Source: the human T2T-CHM13v2.0 reference genome, Homo sapiens
Direction: 5' to 3' (one strand)
NCBI RefSeq assembly: GCF_009914755.1
Contig: NC_060941.1
Length of the DNA: 64,000 nucleotides
The position numbers and the translations under genes were made by a program. The notes beneath the pieces are model-generated. The model was not told the DNA's origin. It did not search any database and saw nothing but the letters and a program-made list of their open reading frames with translations. This document shows positions 44,491 through 62,419 of the stretch, one piece after another (the first letter of the stretch is position 1; the number at the start of each line of letters is the position of its first letter).

Positions 44491-45111
44491 ATAGCTATTT
44501 AGTATTTTCTGGCTGTCAGAGCAAGTGTATTGACAGAGTACTCACATTTCATTCTCTTTCCAACACTCTTCTTTGGATACACTTTAATTATAATCCTTAA
44601 AAATCAGTCTCTGTGTTAGAAGTTGACATGATATATGGAGGAAAAGGGCCACTTTTTAATTCTGGAAGTTAATGCAATAATATAAAGTAGAAAAATAGCA
44701 TATCTTGAAACATATTTCATGTCAAACACAGACATATCCTTCTAAAATGCAGCATCAGGAAATAAGCATAATAACAGAGTTCAAACTATGATTTCGAAAC
44801 AGATAATTTGACAACTCAAGTATATGGATATAATAAGCCTTTATTCTGATTTTTTTTCCAAATAGTCTGATAGTGGAAAATGTTCAAAGAAAATTTGAAG
44901 GAGGAGGACTGTGTACTATCTTATTTTCCCTCATTATTTTTCTTATATACTTTAAAGTAATTTTATTCTGCAATATTGTGTCGATCTATGAATTTCTCAA
45001 CCACTGTTTCTGAATTGCAATAAAATCAAACCAAGCAAGATGGCCTTAATATTTCCCTCATCTTGACGAAACTTTAAACAGTTTTCTTCCTGACCACATG
45101 TCCTGACTTTT

Positions 45112-48309
<3,198 letters not shown>

Positions 48310-51300
48310 TAGAAAATTTTCCATTGTAAATTCTTCCTATGACTCTTTGAGTTATAATTTTCTCCCAGCCACTCATTAGTTTTATAACCCAGGGATGTCT
48401 CAGAAACCTTGGAGACATCCCTTTGAAATATTGTTATCCAGAAAGATATTTTCCCAGTCTCCCAGTTTGTATAGATAATAGGAGCTGAAATTCCATAGGC
48501 AACAATTAAACACAGGTGGTCCAAACTCAGGGAAAAACCTCCCCTTCACTTCCTCCAGTGCTTTTCCACTAAAATTTTCTTGCATTTCATTTCAAAAGAA
48601 CTGAGTTCAATTTCTATCCACTATTGCAATAGCCTTGAATAAAGTCTTGCCTGTTTAACTCTATCTGGTATAATTTTTCTTCAAAAGAACTTAGTCACGT
48701 TCTATTTTGGCAATGGGATTCATATTGGAACTTAATTTTATATTATAAAATAGATCATCACAAACATAAAATATGAGTATATGTTTCCAACAACATTGTG
48801 TGCATCAAACCAGGCACTAAATGGCAAAGGTATACATAATCATAATAACAACTTTTGTGGTGATAGAGTTTTTTCTAGATGCACTAGATATGCAGATATT
48901 CTTAAAATAAAGTTTCTTACAGATTAACCAAAAGATACTTCTGCCAGACAAAAGTTTTACTCATTATTACAAGGATTCTAGACCTTTTAAAATTCAGATA
49001 TTCTGTTTGAAAGTCAATGTACAAATTCCCCTAAGTTCTTAAAAAATAGGGGCCAGTTTCATGGTGACCTGTTCAAAGATCTATTGCTGAGATAGATTTT
49101 AGTAAATCAATTTGGTTCACTATCCTAGTTGGTCACAAATAGGAGTTTTTGTTATTACTTCAATTATCTTATTCATTACTTACTCAAAATAATTTTTAAG
49201 TTTTATCCCATGCAAAAAATAGATGGTAAGGTTTTTAAAGTAACTATATGACTATTAGACTTATTTCCAGGTAACTTGCTTTATTTTGGCATGTCTTTAA
49301 GAAGATTTATTACATAAAAAGTAAGAAAAATTAATTTTAATGCATTTCTAAAATTTCAAAATCTTGCTTTTTAAAAAAATTAGTCTTAATTTAAAAAGCA
49401 CAATGAAAGAAAATAAGTCGTTAAGTGATCTATATTATCCTAATTATGTTATATAAATCAAAATTTGTGAAAAAAATAGGTTCACACTTCTGAATCTCAA
49501 ATAAATTTTATAGATCAAAAATTACCACCAAAGGTGCTCAGAAACAATGACTAAAATTTCCATCTCTAGCAATTTTATATACAAAAAAATTGTCTCAACA
49601 ATGCTAGCTAATAAATTAGAGTTTAGTTACAAAATGAACAGTGATAAAATCTATCACAGGCAGGAAAATTTTAGAAAAGGTCAAGACCTCTTAGATGATC
49701 TTACCTTCAATTTTAGACCAATGAAAGTTTATAAGTGAAATTTAACCCTTCAAAAATGCCCCCCAACATAGTATCTTATTCTTGTGTAACCTGAAAAAAC
49801 AAAAAAAAACTGATATTAGAAAAAAAATCCAAATCTTCTGGTAGCCTAGAAATAATCAATAGCCTTGTAGACAACCATGTATCTGGGTTGCATTATGAAC
49901 TAAGCATAGGATAGAATTAAACTAGATACTGCTAAAATGAATGGACAATTTTTAGTGGTGTGTATACAACGCTTAAAGTTCAAGTAACGTAAATGGCCTA
50001 CTTCAAATATATTTTCTAAACTGTAGAATTTTACACCAAACAGTATATTCTGCCACAGTAAACTGTCTCTGGCTTTCTTAAAAGTGATTTATTTTATACT
50101 GCAAATTATTTTGTCATGTCTATTTTGCATATATGTGTGTTCCCTTCCGATTTTCTCAACAACTCTCTCTTAGACGGAAAGCATTTTCTTTTTATAAACC
50201 ATTTTGAATACATCATCACATATATGTAACAGAACATTTAAAAAGAAACTGTTTCATCCAAAACTATGCTACCTACTCTCAGTGAAGAGAGTTGCAGACA
50301 ACTTTTGTAGAACATGGAAGAGAAGTGACTGAAGTTCAGTGTGTAACATTCACATGATTAAATATCATATAAATATAAATAATATAATGATTAAAGATGG
50401 GAGGCTCAGGTAGCTTGGAGACTGAGGATTTGGGAGGAAAGCAATATTACAGAGTGTTGATTGTAAGTTGTCAACAAAAAGTCATCGGACTTCTTGCATT
50501 TCTCCATAAGCTTCATGACAAGAACATCAGGAGGGTCTCTCTGAAAAGAACTAAATTTACAGAAGTTAGAGAATTTAGAGAAATTAGTTGATGAGTATCT
50601 GACTTTCACTTGACAACTTTAAAGGGTGAAAGTCTAAATGAAGAACTTTTGCAGGAGATTAAAGGCCTGCAGTTAGGAAGTAACTGTATTCCAACTAGAG
50701 ATGAGTCTCAAGTGAGTGTTTCCCACCAGCAAATGTGGGCCATGCAAGAGAGTAGACAAGAAGGAGACGATCTCAAGCCCAGCCCAAGAGAATCACCATG
50801 AGGAATGAGGAGACCTCAGCAGTAAGATGCTGGGCTGTGCAGCCACATCCGCGGGAACAGCAAGAGTAAGTAACCACATGACAAATTCTCCAGCCATCCC
50901 AGGAATTGCCAGAAACAGCTATCCAAATTTGGAGGTCTCCAAAGTATCTGCCTACGTGGTTCAATCTCAGGAGTTGCCAAAATCAGACGTAGAGAGTACA
51001 GCAATGCACCCTTTCTTTTCTCTTTACCTCTAATGCTTTTTCCAGGGTCAAAACTGGAGGAGATGAAAATCAGCATTTAGTAAGTTGAAGAAAGAGAGAT
51101 GAATAAGGCAGAGAGAGAACAAGGTTGTTGACACCCAGATTCTAAGGCAGCCAGGAAAAATGATGCCTACAAAAGGATATCTGTGCAGAAAAAAAATTGG
51201 AGTAGATTTCTAGCCAAACTTACAAGTCCTCTGTGTCTAATGTATTTCAGAGTAGGAGATAAAGTATTTGTTGGATTAGCGCATTAGCAAAATTATCTAG

Positions 51301-52559
51301 AGAAAGGAATACGTGTGTAATGTCCAATAAAGGCCAGTGATTCTCCAATTGAACATAAAATGGACTAAGTTGATAAGCAATGTGGGGCTTTTTCAACAAG
51401 TAGTTTAAAATAAAAATCATGAAGGTGGATGAAATATTTCTTTACCTCAAAAAAAATAAATGGATAAAGACACTTCTACTATCTTTGTTATTTTTCACTA
51501 TACTAGCCCTAATTATTTCATTACTAACTTTACCATCAATTGAAAGTTATAAAATGCATGTTTCCATCATGATACTGTGTCATATATATTTTAAAAGATG
51601 GTTATAAAAGTCATCTATCATTATTAAATTAAATTTTGAGTCAATATATATTTGTATTGGGCCATGAATATGCATAAGAAATTAATACTCTGAATAATAT
51701 GTACTCTTTCAGTGCCCTAGAAAAGACAATAGGAGCCTGCTACAATTTGTTATTATTGCACAGTGACAGTTAATCAAAAATTATTAATTCATTATCAAAG
51801 TATCGTTTCCATGACAAAGACTAGAGGAAAACAGGCAGACTGTGTCCAGATTTCTTCCAGATATCTACCAGCAAAATATCACCAAAATTAAACAATGAAA
51901 GATAGAGGAAAGGAGAAAAAGGTCAGAGGGAGAGGAGAGAGACAGAAAGAGAATGATTATGTTTTACTTAAAAAAACAGTAAATTGAATTCCTTACTTGA
52001 TTTTTATAGGTATTGTTCATCCAGTTTGTAGTAAAGGGAACATGGCTGTAGACAGGAAACTGTCATTGTTGAAAATTTGGAGCTTAAAAGTATTTGGTAA
52101 TTTTAAATGCAGGACATGTATTTTTGAAACCATTCATAATTAAGAAATTAAAAAGATTTTAGTAACATTTGTGAAAAACAGAAAGAAAATATTTAAAAGC
52201 CTTTGCCCTTTGGAGATAGTGCCTGGCTTTTGTAGATTCCTTTCACCTCTACACTATGCTAAAACCTGGCTTTGTCTAAAAAAACTTTAGCTATATAGAT
52301 GGTCACTTCCTATAAAGGCTTTTCTTTGTTATTGTCATAGCATTATAGAATATTGATGACTTCCATATCACCTACACAGAAAAACTGTATATGACTTTTG
52401 GAAAAAAATGAGAGATTTAGGGCAAGCAAAGTTAGGGTGGTGTTGTAGATTCAAAAGAAAATGACATTTTAGGTTAAGTATGTTTTCAATGTTCCAATTA
52501 TAATTGTAAAACTATAAATGCAGGTAGAGGTAACCTCATTAGAAATAACTCCTTATTCT

Positions 52560-53545
52560 AAGAGCAAAGAGAAAAACTGAAATGCTAAAATGGATACTCA
52601 TTCTTAATAGCATCAAGAAACACCAAATACCCAGCAAATATCCAAAGATTATGTTCAATGACTCTGAACAAGGAAACAAGCAAAAAATTAAGTGAAACAT
52701 GAATGAAAGAAATTACAGAAATCTAAACAAAGGTATAATACACAATATCAATGGATTGTAAAACTCAGTAGCTTAAGGATGCTAAAATCTCCTCATGTAA
52801 TGTCAATAAAAATTTTAGCAATTTTGAAGAAATTGAAGAATTAATTCTAAAATATATACAATTCAAATTACAAAGTGTATGCAAGTAATTTATGACTTTA
52901 CTGGTTAATTCTATCAGTATATAAAGAAGAAAACATCTTAAACAAGCTATTACAAAAAATAGTAGGAAACACATAGTATTTTGTTTTTTGATGCTAGCAT
53001 AACCCTGATAACAAACCTGACAAAAATACATCAAAGAATAAAAAAGTACACATGAATATCCTCATTCACACAGATACAAAAATACTTAATGAATTTATTT
53101 AAAAAATAAATCCAGCAGTCTATAAAATGAATAATGCATTATGATCAAGTTGGTTTTACCAAGAACGCATGTTTGATTTAATGTATAAAATAAATAAAAT
53201 CTTATTAACAGAATGAGGGAAAAAAACATAACTCAAACAACATAGAAAATTCATGTATCAAAAGTAAACATGTATTCAAGATAAAAAAAAGTTAAGCAAT
53301 TAGGAATAGAAAGTAACTTCCTCAATCTGATAAGCAAAATTTTTATATCAAAGAAAACAGAACTAAACTAAACTAAAGCTGACAGAAAGAAGAAGGCAAG
53401 ATCATACAATCTTTTAATTTCTATTCCTCATGGTAGTTGGAATTCCTAGCCACTGAAATAAAGCAAGGATGAAAGATATATGTTAACAACAAAGAAGAAA
53501 TATGCTCCTATTTAGAAACAGCATGATCCTTTATGTATAAAATAT
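52560..53545 (+). mobile_element. Old L1M ORF2 fragments
   Basis: GCTAGCATAACCCTGATAACAAACCTGACAAA; ATGATCAAGTTGGTTTTA; ATTAGGAATAGAAAGTAACTTCCTCAATCTGATAA. Confidence 0.65.
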
Positions 53546-53549
53546 TAAA

Positions 53550-54432
53550 TACATATACTCCTTTTATTGCTTTCTTTATTACTTTATTGAACTCCACAGA
53601 GATGGCATTTTAAAAAAAATTGAAGGTTTGTGGCAACCCTGTGTTCAGCAAATTTATTAGCTGTTTTTTCCATGTGCTCACATAATGTCTGTGTGTCACA
53701 GTTTGGTAATTCATGCAATATTTCAAACTTTTTCATTATTATATCTTTTATGATTATCTGTAATCAGTGGTTTTTACTATTATTACTATTATAATTATTT
53801 TGGGGTGCCACAAACCATTCCCACATCACATTGAACTTAATTCATGAAATGTTTTGTGTGTTCTGATTGTTCCACCTACTGGCAAATATCCCATCTTTCT
53901 CCATCTCTTCAGACCTCTCTATTCCTTGAGACACAACAATATTAAAATTAGATCAATTAGTAACCCTACAATGACTTCTAAAGGTTCAAGTGAAAGAAAG
54001 AGTTGCACATCTCTGACCTTAAATCAAAAGCTAGAAATGATTGAGCTTAATGAGGAAGGTATGTTGTAACCAAGATAGGCTGAACGCTAGCCATCTTGCA
54101 CCCAACAGTTAGCCAAGCTGTGAATTCAAAGAAAAACTTAAGGGAAACTAAAAGTGTTATTCTAGTGAATACACAAATGATAAGAAAGCCAAAAAACCTT
54201 ATTGGTGATAAGTAGAAAGTTTGAGTGATCTGAATAGAAGATCAAACAAGACACAACATTTTCTTAAGCCAAAACAAAATCCAGAGCAAGGACCTAGCTC
54301 TCTTCAAAGCTATGAAGGCTGAGAGAGGTGAGGAAGCCACAGAAGAAAAATTGGAATCTAGCAGATGATGGTTCATAAGGCTTAAGGAAATAAGCCATCT
54401 CCATAACACAAAAGTACAAGGTGAAGCAGCAA
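53550..54432 (+). mobile_element. Tigger1 5' fragment including the start of the transposase
   Basis: AAATTGAAGGTTTGTGGCAACCCTG; peptide MTSKGSSERKSCTSLTLNQKLEMIELNEEGM from 53971; truncated by L1. Confidence 0.88.
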
Positions 54433-56715
54433 CCACATGATTATGTCAATAGATGCAGGAAAGGCTTTCAATAAAATTCAACACCCCTTCATGTCAAAAA
54501 CTCTCAAAAAATTAGGTATTGAAGGAACAGACCTTGAACTAATAAGAGCCATATGTGAAAAACTCACAGCCAACATTATACTGAATTGGCAAAAGCTGGA
54601 GTATTTCCCTTGAAAACCGGCACAGGACAAAGATACCCTGTCACCACTCCTATTCAACATAGTATTGGAAGTTCTGGCCAGAGCACTCAGGCAAGAGAAA
54701 GAAAAAGGGGCATCCAAATAGGAAGAGAGGAAGTCAAACTATCCCTGCCAGCGCAAGACACGTACCTATATTCAGAAACCCTCAAAATCTAGGCCCAAAA
54801 GATCCTTAAATTGATAAACAACTTCAGCAAGTCTCAGGATACAAAATCAATGTACAAAAATAACTAGCACTCCTGGACACCAATAACAGTCAAGGATCCA
54901 AATCAGGAATGCAATCCCATTCATAATTGCCACATACACACACAAACACACAAAACCTAGAAATATAATTAAACAGGAAGGTGAAAGATCTCTACCAAAG
55001 AACTACAAAACACTGCTAAAAGAAATCAGAGATGACACAAACAAATGGAAAACAGTCCATGCTAGTGAATAGAAAGTATTATTTTTGTTAAAATGCCTGT
55101 AATATCCAAAGTAATTTATAGATTCAATGTTATTCCTATTAAACTACCAATGACATTCTTCACAGAACTAGAAAAGGCTATTTTAATATTCATATGGAAC
55201 CCCAAACAGGGCCTGAATAGCCAAGGCATTCCTAAGCAAAAAATACAGAGCTGGAAGCATCTGGCTACCCAACTTCAAACTATACTACAGGGGCTACAGT
55301 AACCAAAACAGCATGGTACTGGTATAAATACATCCACATAGACCAATGAAATAGAACAGAGAACCCAGAATTAAGGTTGCCTGCCTACAACTATCTGATC
55401 TTTGACAAAGCTGACAAAAATAATCAATGGGGAAAGGACTCCCTATTTAGTAAATGTGTTGGGAGAACTGATGAGCCATATGCAGAAGATTAAAACTAGA
55501 CCCCTTCCTTATACCATATACAAAAATGAACTCAAGATGAATTAAAGACTTAAATGTAAAACCAAAAACTATAAAAACCCATTTCCCTGGATGTAGGAAC
55601 AGGCAAAGATTGCATGACCAAGATGCCAAAAGCAATTGCAACAAAAGTAAAATTTGACAAATGGGATCTAATTAAGCTAAAGAGGTTCTGTACAACAAAA
55701 GAAACCATCAACAGAGTGAACAGACAAACCTACAGAATGGGAGAAATTTTTTACAAACTATGCATCTGACAAAGGTCTAATATCCAGCATCTAAAAGGAA
55801 TTTAAACAAATTTTTAAGGAAAAAAGCAACCCCATTAAAAAGTGGGCAAAGGACATGAACAGACACTTTTAAAAACAAAACATACATATGGGCAACAAGC
55901 GTATGAAAAAAATCTCAACATCCCTAATCATTAGAGAAATCCAAGTCAAAACCGCAATAATATACCATCTCGCACCAGTCAAAATGGCAATTATTACAAT
56001 TTAAAAAGTCAAAAAATAGCAGATGCCAGTGAGGTTGCAGAAAAAAAGCAATGCTTATACACTACTGGTGGGAGTGGAAATTAGTCCAACCATTGTGGAA
56101 GAGAGTGTGGTGATTCCTCATGGACCTAAGAACAGAAATACCATTTGACCCTGCAATCCCATTACTGAGTTTATACCCAAAGGAATAAAAATTGTTCTGT
56201 CATAAAGATACATGCATGTATATGTTAATTGGGTCACTATTCACAATAGCAAAGACATGGAATCAACTTAAATGCCCATCAATGTTTGAATGGATAAAGA
56301 AAATGTGGTACATAAACCACACTTGGAATGTGGTACATTCCATGTGTACCACATGGAATACTATGCAGCCATATAAAGGATGAGATAATGTCTTTTGCAG
56401 GAACATGGATGGAGCTGGAGGCAATTATCCTTGGCAAACGAATGCAGGAACAGAAAACCAAATACTGTATGTTCTTACTTATAAGTGGGATATAAATGTT
56501 GATAACATGTGGACACATACAGGGGAACAACACAGTGAGGCCTATTGAAGGTTGGGAGGAGGGAGAGGATCAGGAAAAATAACTAGTGGGTACTAGGCTT
56601 AATGTCTGAGTGATGAAATAGTCTGTACAACCAACCCCCATGACACAAGTTTACCTACATAACAAACATGGACATATACTCCTGAACATAAAATAAAAGT
56701 TAAATTTAAAAAAAA
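54431..56715 (+). mobile_element. 5'-truncated L1PA13-16-type element
   Basis: ORF2 RT-to-C-terminal homology; 3'UTR ATCAGGAAAAATAACTAGTGGGTACTAGGCTTAA...CCCCCATGACACAAGTTTACC. Confidence 0.88.
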
Positions 56716-57259
56716 CTAAAACTTAACATGCAATATTTTTAGTGGTACAAATATATTTATGTAACTGTAAAAAAGAGAGATGTATAAGAATATATACAAA
56801 ATGTAATAATGGTTACTTCCAAACAATATATGAAGTTTAGAAGTTGAGTTTTTTTTTAATCTGTAAGGTTTTCTTTTAAAAAAGAAAATGTATTAGTATA
56901 TTGTTTTACAATTTTTTTAAAATGTACAAGAAAGTTCTTATTTCTACTATATTGGTCTGCTTCTTTGTATTTTTTCTGGCCCAACCCGAATCAGTCTTTT
57001 CAAAGTTTATCTACATTGGTTAGAGATGGAGCCTTATAGAACATTTAATTAAAGGTAGTCACCCAAGCAGTTATTGTATGGAAAAGATCTGTGTACTAAA
57101 TATGAACGTGTGTATTGTGTGGGGGCTTATAGTATTAACAATATGCATTTTGTCTTTTTGTTCTTTATGTGTATTGTTTGTGTACCTGTGAATTTCAGTA
57201 TTCGTGAGCTATGCATTAATGTATACCACAGTTAAATAAATGAATTAGTTACAGAAAAA

Positions 57260-58350
57260 GGAAGATCAAAATTGGAAGGCCTTATCTATCTGATTTTAAG
57301 ATGTACTAAAAAGCCACAGAAATAAATAAATAAATAAATAAATGGACTAGAATAGGTAGGAATTAGTCAACTTTATCATTAAAGGGCCAGATACTAAATA
57401 TTTCAGGCCTTGTGGGCCACATATGAGGTGTCTGTCACTTTTTGCCCCCTTCCTCCTCCTTTCTCCTCTTCTGCCTCTTTTTCTACCTCTTATTTTGACA
57501 ATATTTTAAAGATGCCAAAATTGTTATTAGATTGTGAGCCACATAAAAACAGGCCAGGAGTCATTATTTGGCAATTTTTGGAACAAAGGCAAAAAACAGA
57601 CCCACAGTAGCCTTTCCACTAACACTTCACAGGAATTTGATGGATCAGGAAAAATCTCTGTAGCACATGATGCTAGGACAACTGGGTATCCATATGAAAA
57701 ACAAAAGTTAACCTTAACCCCTACCTCATAACAAACACAAAATTAAATAAGGAGCAAAGGTAAGAGTAAAAGGCCAAACTACAAAGTATTTAGAAGAAAA
57801 CAGGGGATTATCTTCATAGCCTGCTGTGAAACAACACAGAAAGCAACAACCATAAAAGACAACTTTAATATATTAGAGTTTCTTAAGAATTTGAAACTTT
57901 TGTTCTTCAAAAGATACCGCTACATAAATTATAAACTGGAAGAAAAATATTTGCGGAACATGTGTCTAACAAACACTTGTACGCCAAATACACAAAACTC
58001 TATGACAACTCAATAATATAAGGACAAATTTTAAAATGGACAAACTACTTGAAAGAAACTTCCTGAAGGAACGTGCATGAATAAATAATAGTTATATGAA
58101 GTGCTCAATATCCATTGATAAAAAATTCTTAAATAGGCAAAATGAATCTACAGTGATAGAAAACAAATTGAGTTGCTTGGGGAAAAGGATGGAGAAAACT
58201 GATTGGAAAAAAGTACCTGGGAACTCTTTAGAGTAATTTAATTTTTCTATACCTTGTTCAGAGTGGTAGTTACATGTGTGTATATACTTTCCAAAACTGT
58301 ATAGTTAATGTTGGTATATTTCATTGATTTCAATGTAGGTAAATCTAACC
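57260..58350 (+). mobile_element. Old L1M fragments with a nested MER58-type element (~57360-57560)
   Basis: AAATTGGAAGGCCTTATCTATCTGATTTTAAG; TAAAGGGCCAGATACTAAATATTTCAGGCCTTGTGGGCCACAT; L1M-like 3' end at 58135-58350. Confidence 0.6.
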
Positions 58351-58757
58351 TCAAATATCCATAAAAATAATAATCATATGGAAGGTCACTTCCAAATTAG
58401 TGGAGGAATAGTTGAAAAAATAGTCTAATACTATTATTTTTTAATCTGGATAATGGCTCCATGATAGTTTGTTATGGCATTCAATTTATTCTGTATATGG
58501 CTGAAATTTTAAAACTCTTAAGCTAAAAAGCATTTGTCACATGCTTTTGCTGAAATATTGGTTCCTTGTAACTTCTCACTTAATTAAAGCAGACATCTAA
58601 AGGTGATTTATTTCCCACCCAGAAAACTAAGAGTACAAGGATTCATTTGTGTCCACTAGGGAATCAAGTGATCCAGGAGAATGTGCTTCACTATTTTTTG
58701 CTTTTCCTGACCCTTAAACTAGCTTCTAATTCCTCTTGCTAAAAAAGGAAAAGGGAT

Positions 58758-59056
<299 letters not shown>

Positions 59057-59885
59057 GGAAAGGAAGCAAAGAAAATAGAAAAGTTACTTCCTCGAAGGTA
59101 ACCCTAGGAGTTTTCTTCAGTGTATTTAGGAACATAATTAGCTTTTTTAAAAAGAAATATTGATGCATGCTTGCTTTCTCTCTGTGTAGAACTACATTAC
59201 GCAGAAGTGTTAATGATGTTTTCAAGGTGACAGTGTTATCTCACAACATATAATTTCCTCTCTTAAAAGTACTATCATTGAAATGGGCTCACATAATATG
59301 TAAATATATGGTGATAAATTTATAGTCTCATTACAAACTATAAGAATTATTCCGTACATGTAAAATATGAACTACTATAATTAGGTGTAAAACCAAGGTT
59401 GTAAATTTAATTTTAATAATTTGCCTATAATATTTATCAGTCCAAAGTGATTTGAAAAGGAAATCTCTTTATTATGAGTTTTACAATATTCTTACATTAC
59501 TTCTGTCATTATATATGAGACAAATCATGACACATCAGCATTTGACAGGTGTAGCAGATGCCGTGGATCAACTTACACAAAACTTATTCCAACTACCTCC
59601 TTTGCACATGTTTCTGAACTGCAGAACTGAGAAGCTAAAACTATACTTAAAAGATTCAATTGCAGCTATGATTCTATGTATGGGGTTACTCTGACAAGAT
59701 TATTTTTATATAAGACATTGTTCAGAATGTACTATGAAGGAGACAGGTGTTACACTTTTGGCAGGTACAAATCATGGCAGAAGTGCTGTGGTTCTAGTGT
59801 TAGCTGTGGTTCTGTAGTTGGCAATGCCAGCATCAGCTTTCTGGAACCAGGCATCTGGATCATGGAAAAGGCAGCTTTTTCTAGG

Positions 59886-60244
59886 TGGTATTGTTTGGCT
59901 ATGTCCCCACCCAAATCTCATCTCGAATTGTAGCTCCGATAATTCCTTCATGTTGTGAGAGGGACCCAGTGGGAGATAATTGAATCACAGGGGCGGTTTC
60001 TCCTATGGTGTTCTCATGGCAGTGAATAAGTCTCATGAGCTCTGATGGTTTTATAAAGGGAAAACCCTTTCACGTGGCTCTCACTCTCTTGTCTGCCACC
60101 ATGGGAGACATGTCTTTCACCTTTCACCATGATTGTGAGGCCTCTCCAGCCACATGGACCTGTGAGTCCATTAAACCTCTTTCTTTTGCAAATCGTCCAG
60201 TCTCAGGTATGTCTTTGTCAGCAGTGCGGAAGTGGCCAATTATA
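59886..60244 (+). mobile_element. THE1 (B/C-like) solo LTR
   Basis: TTTGGCTATGTCCCCACCCAAATCTCATCTCGAATTGTAGCTCC...CCATGATTGTGAGGCCTC...CCATTAAACCTCTTT. Confidence 0.9.
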
Positions 60245-60642
60245 CTATAGCAGATCAGTTATGTTGTGGTTTTGCACCTCATTCCTGGCAGGTCAAAACA
60301 GAATCTATCTCTTCCATCCTTTCAATAATATGTGAGCTATTTATGCCACTTAATAATTCCCTTCAGCTTGAGGAAGCTAGAGTATATTGCTTTTTGTAAC
60401 TAGTATCCCTAACTGATATTGCAAACTTCACATAAAAACATCCTGTTGAAGATGAAGAACTAGAAGTAGAAGATTCTTTTTCCCCAGGGACATATGATAT
60501 TTAAAAAAAGCTACAGGTAGCTGGTCTTTACTGTGTACATTATCAATCTCTTACCCAAAATACTATAGTGGTATTCACTGCTATAACTATTTACAGTATA
60601 TACAGCTGTTTTCTTACGGTCTTAGCAAAACCATCTTCTCCT

Positions 60643-61038
60643 CTGTTGTGACTTGCATGTGCCCCCCCAAATTTCATGTGTTGGAAACTAAATTCCCAAA
60701 TTCATATGTTGAAGATATTTGGAGGTGGGGCCTTTGGAGGAAGTAATCAAGATTAGATAAGGTCATTAAAGTTGTTCTCCCATGTTGAGACTGGCAGCTT
60801 TAGAAGAAAAGAAAGAGAGATGTGAGCTGACTTGCATACTCTTGCCCTCTCACTATGCGATGCCCTCTCACCATGCAATGCCCTCTCACCATGTATGATA
60901 CAGTAATAAAGCCTCACCAGATGCCAATGCCATACTCTTGGACTTCCTAGCCTCCAGAACCATAAGAAATAATTTTTTTCTTTGTAAATTACCCAGTCCA
61001 TAGTATTCTGTTACAGCAACAGAAAAGCAATTAAGATA
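60643..61038 (+). mobile_element. MST/MLT1A-type MaLR solo LTR
   Basis: CCCCAAATTTCATGTGTTGGAAAC...GGAGGTGGGGCCTTTGG...GGACTTCCTAGCCTCCAGAAC...TATTCTGTTACAGCAACAGAAAA. Confidence 0.8.
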
Positions 61039-62419
61039 CCGTCTCAAACCTGGTTTTGTCTATACCTTGTGAGAACCTCACAACTGTAATTCTTCTGTAT
61101 AACACATCAATTAAAATAGAGTCTAGACAAAATGTCAGTATTAAAGAAATCAGGAAAACAGGGCCGGGTTGATAATAAGGCCACAATATTTGCTGCCTCT
61201 GAGAATTTGGAAAGGAATGAATTTGAAGAAGAAGCTTTCTGCTTGCATATCTAGTTCTTATTCATATGCACACAAGCCTAAGGGGAAAAATTCAGGCTCA
61301 TCATCCTTTCAATTGCTTAGAAGCATGTAGCAGCTCTCCAACTTACCTTTCTTAACAAAACAGCTCAGGCTGCAGAATGATCATAGTTTTGAATTCAGCC
61401 ATGGCTTTTAATTTATTTATTTTAGGCTTTGCTAGATTATAAAGCTCTGGAAGCTGGGGTTCAAAGGCAATCATGTTTAAAGAAAATACTTAGTTGGGAA
61501 TATTCTAAGAGCAACTGATGGGTTTAATAATTCTCGTAGATACTATATAAACTTTTGAATAGCTAGCATTTAGGTAAATAATCACAAAGAAACACTCTTC
61601 TTTTGGAATAAATTACATAGGGTCCTGTTGTTATCTATTTGCAAATAATCTCATTCACGTTTTGATGAAACTCACAATGTACAGGTTTTCTGAGTAAAAT
61701 GGAAACAGGAGGCCTCCTGAAGATACAATAAGATGGTTATATTTATTTTCAAACCTTTAAGGAAAGCTCCTGCAAGTTAGGCTAAGATGTAAATTTTAGT
61801 GAGGATTCTATTAGAAGTTCCAAGGCAACAGTCACTTTCAAAAATGATAGACCCACTGTGAGCAAAAGAGAGAAGATAATGACTCTGACCGAGCTGGCAT
61901 TGTTGAATAAGGGCCCCGATTTGCTGCTCAACAGTTGACTCTGCAGGTTTCAATTATAGGAATAGCTGGAATATACTGCTCTACAATATTACTGGCAGAA
62001 TTTGCAAAGAATTGATAGAGTTTAAGTGTGTGTCTGTGTGTGTGTGTTTGTGGGTGTGCATGTGCAGCACACAGACATGCATTATGAAGAGGGAGTTACT
62101 CAAGTAAAAAGCACCTGCCATTACCATAACAGGTATGATCTAGGCCGACCCACGATGCTTGGGTGGGTGGTGGGACATTCATAATAGAACATTTAACTAC
62201 AGGCATGCTTATATTCCAGTTATGTAGAGGGCCCAGTACACCTCTAAATTGTTGCACTAGAGTCTTTATTTTGGCTGGATTTAAAGGCCAGTTCCCAAAA
62301 TTTGTGTAGATTCTTTGTAGTTACATAATTAAAAATTGAAAGAATTTTAAAAATGACAACTGTAGTCTCACTGATTTTTTTAAATAAAATTAAAAGACCA
62401 GTATAACTGTAAGCCCTAG

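Noticed and set aside
53854-54432. TIGD1-like domesticated transposase gene
   Set aside because: Stops soon after the start and truncation by L1; an ordinary Tigger1 fossil.
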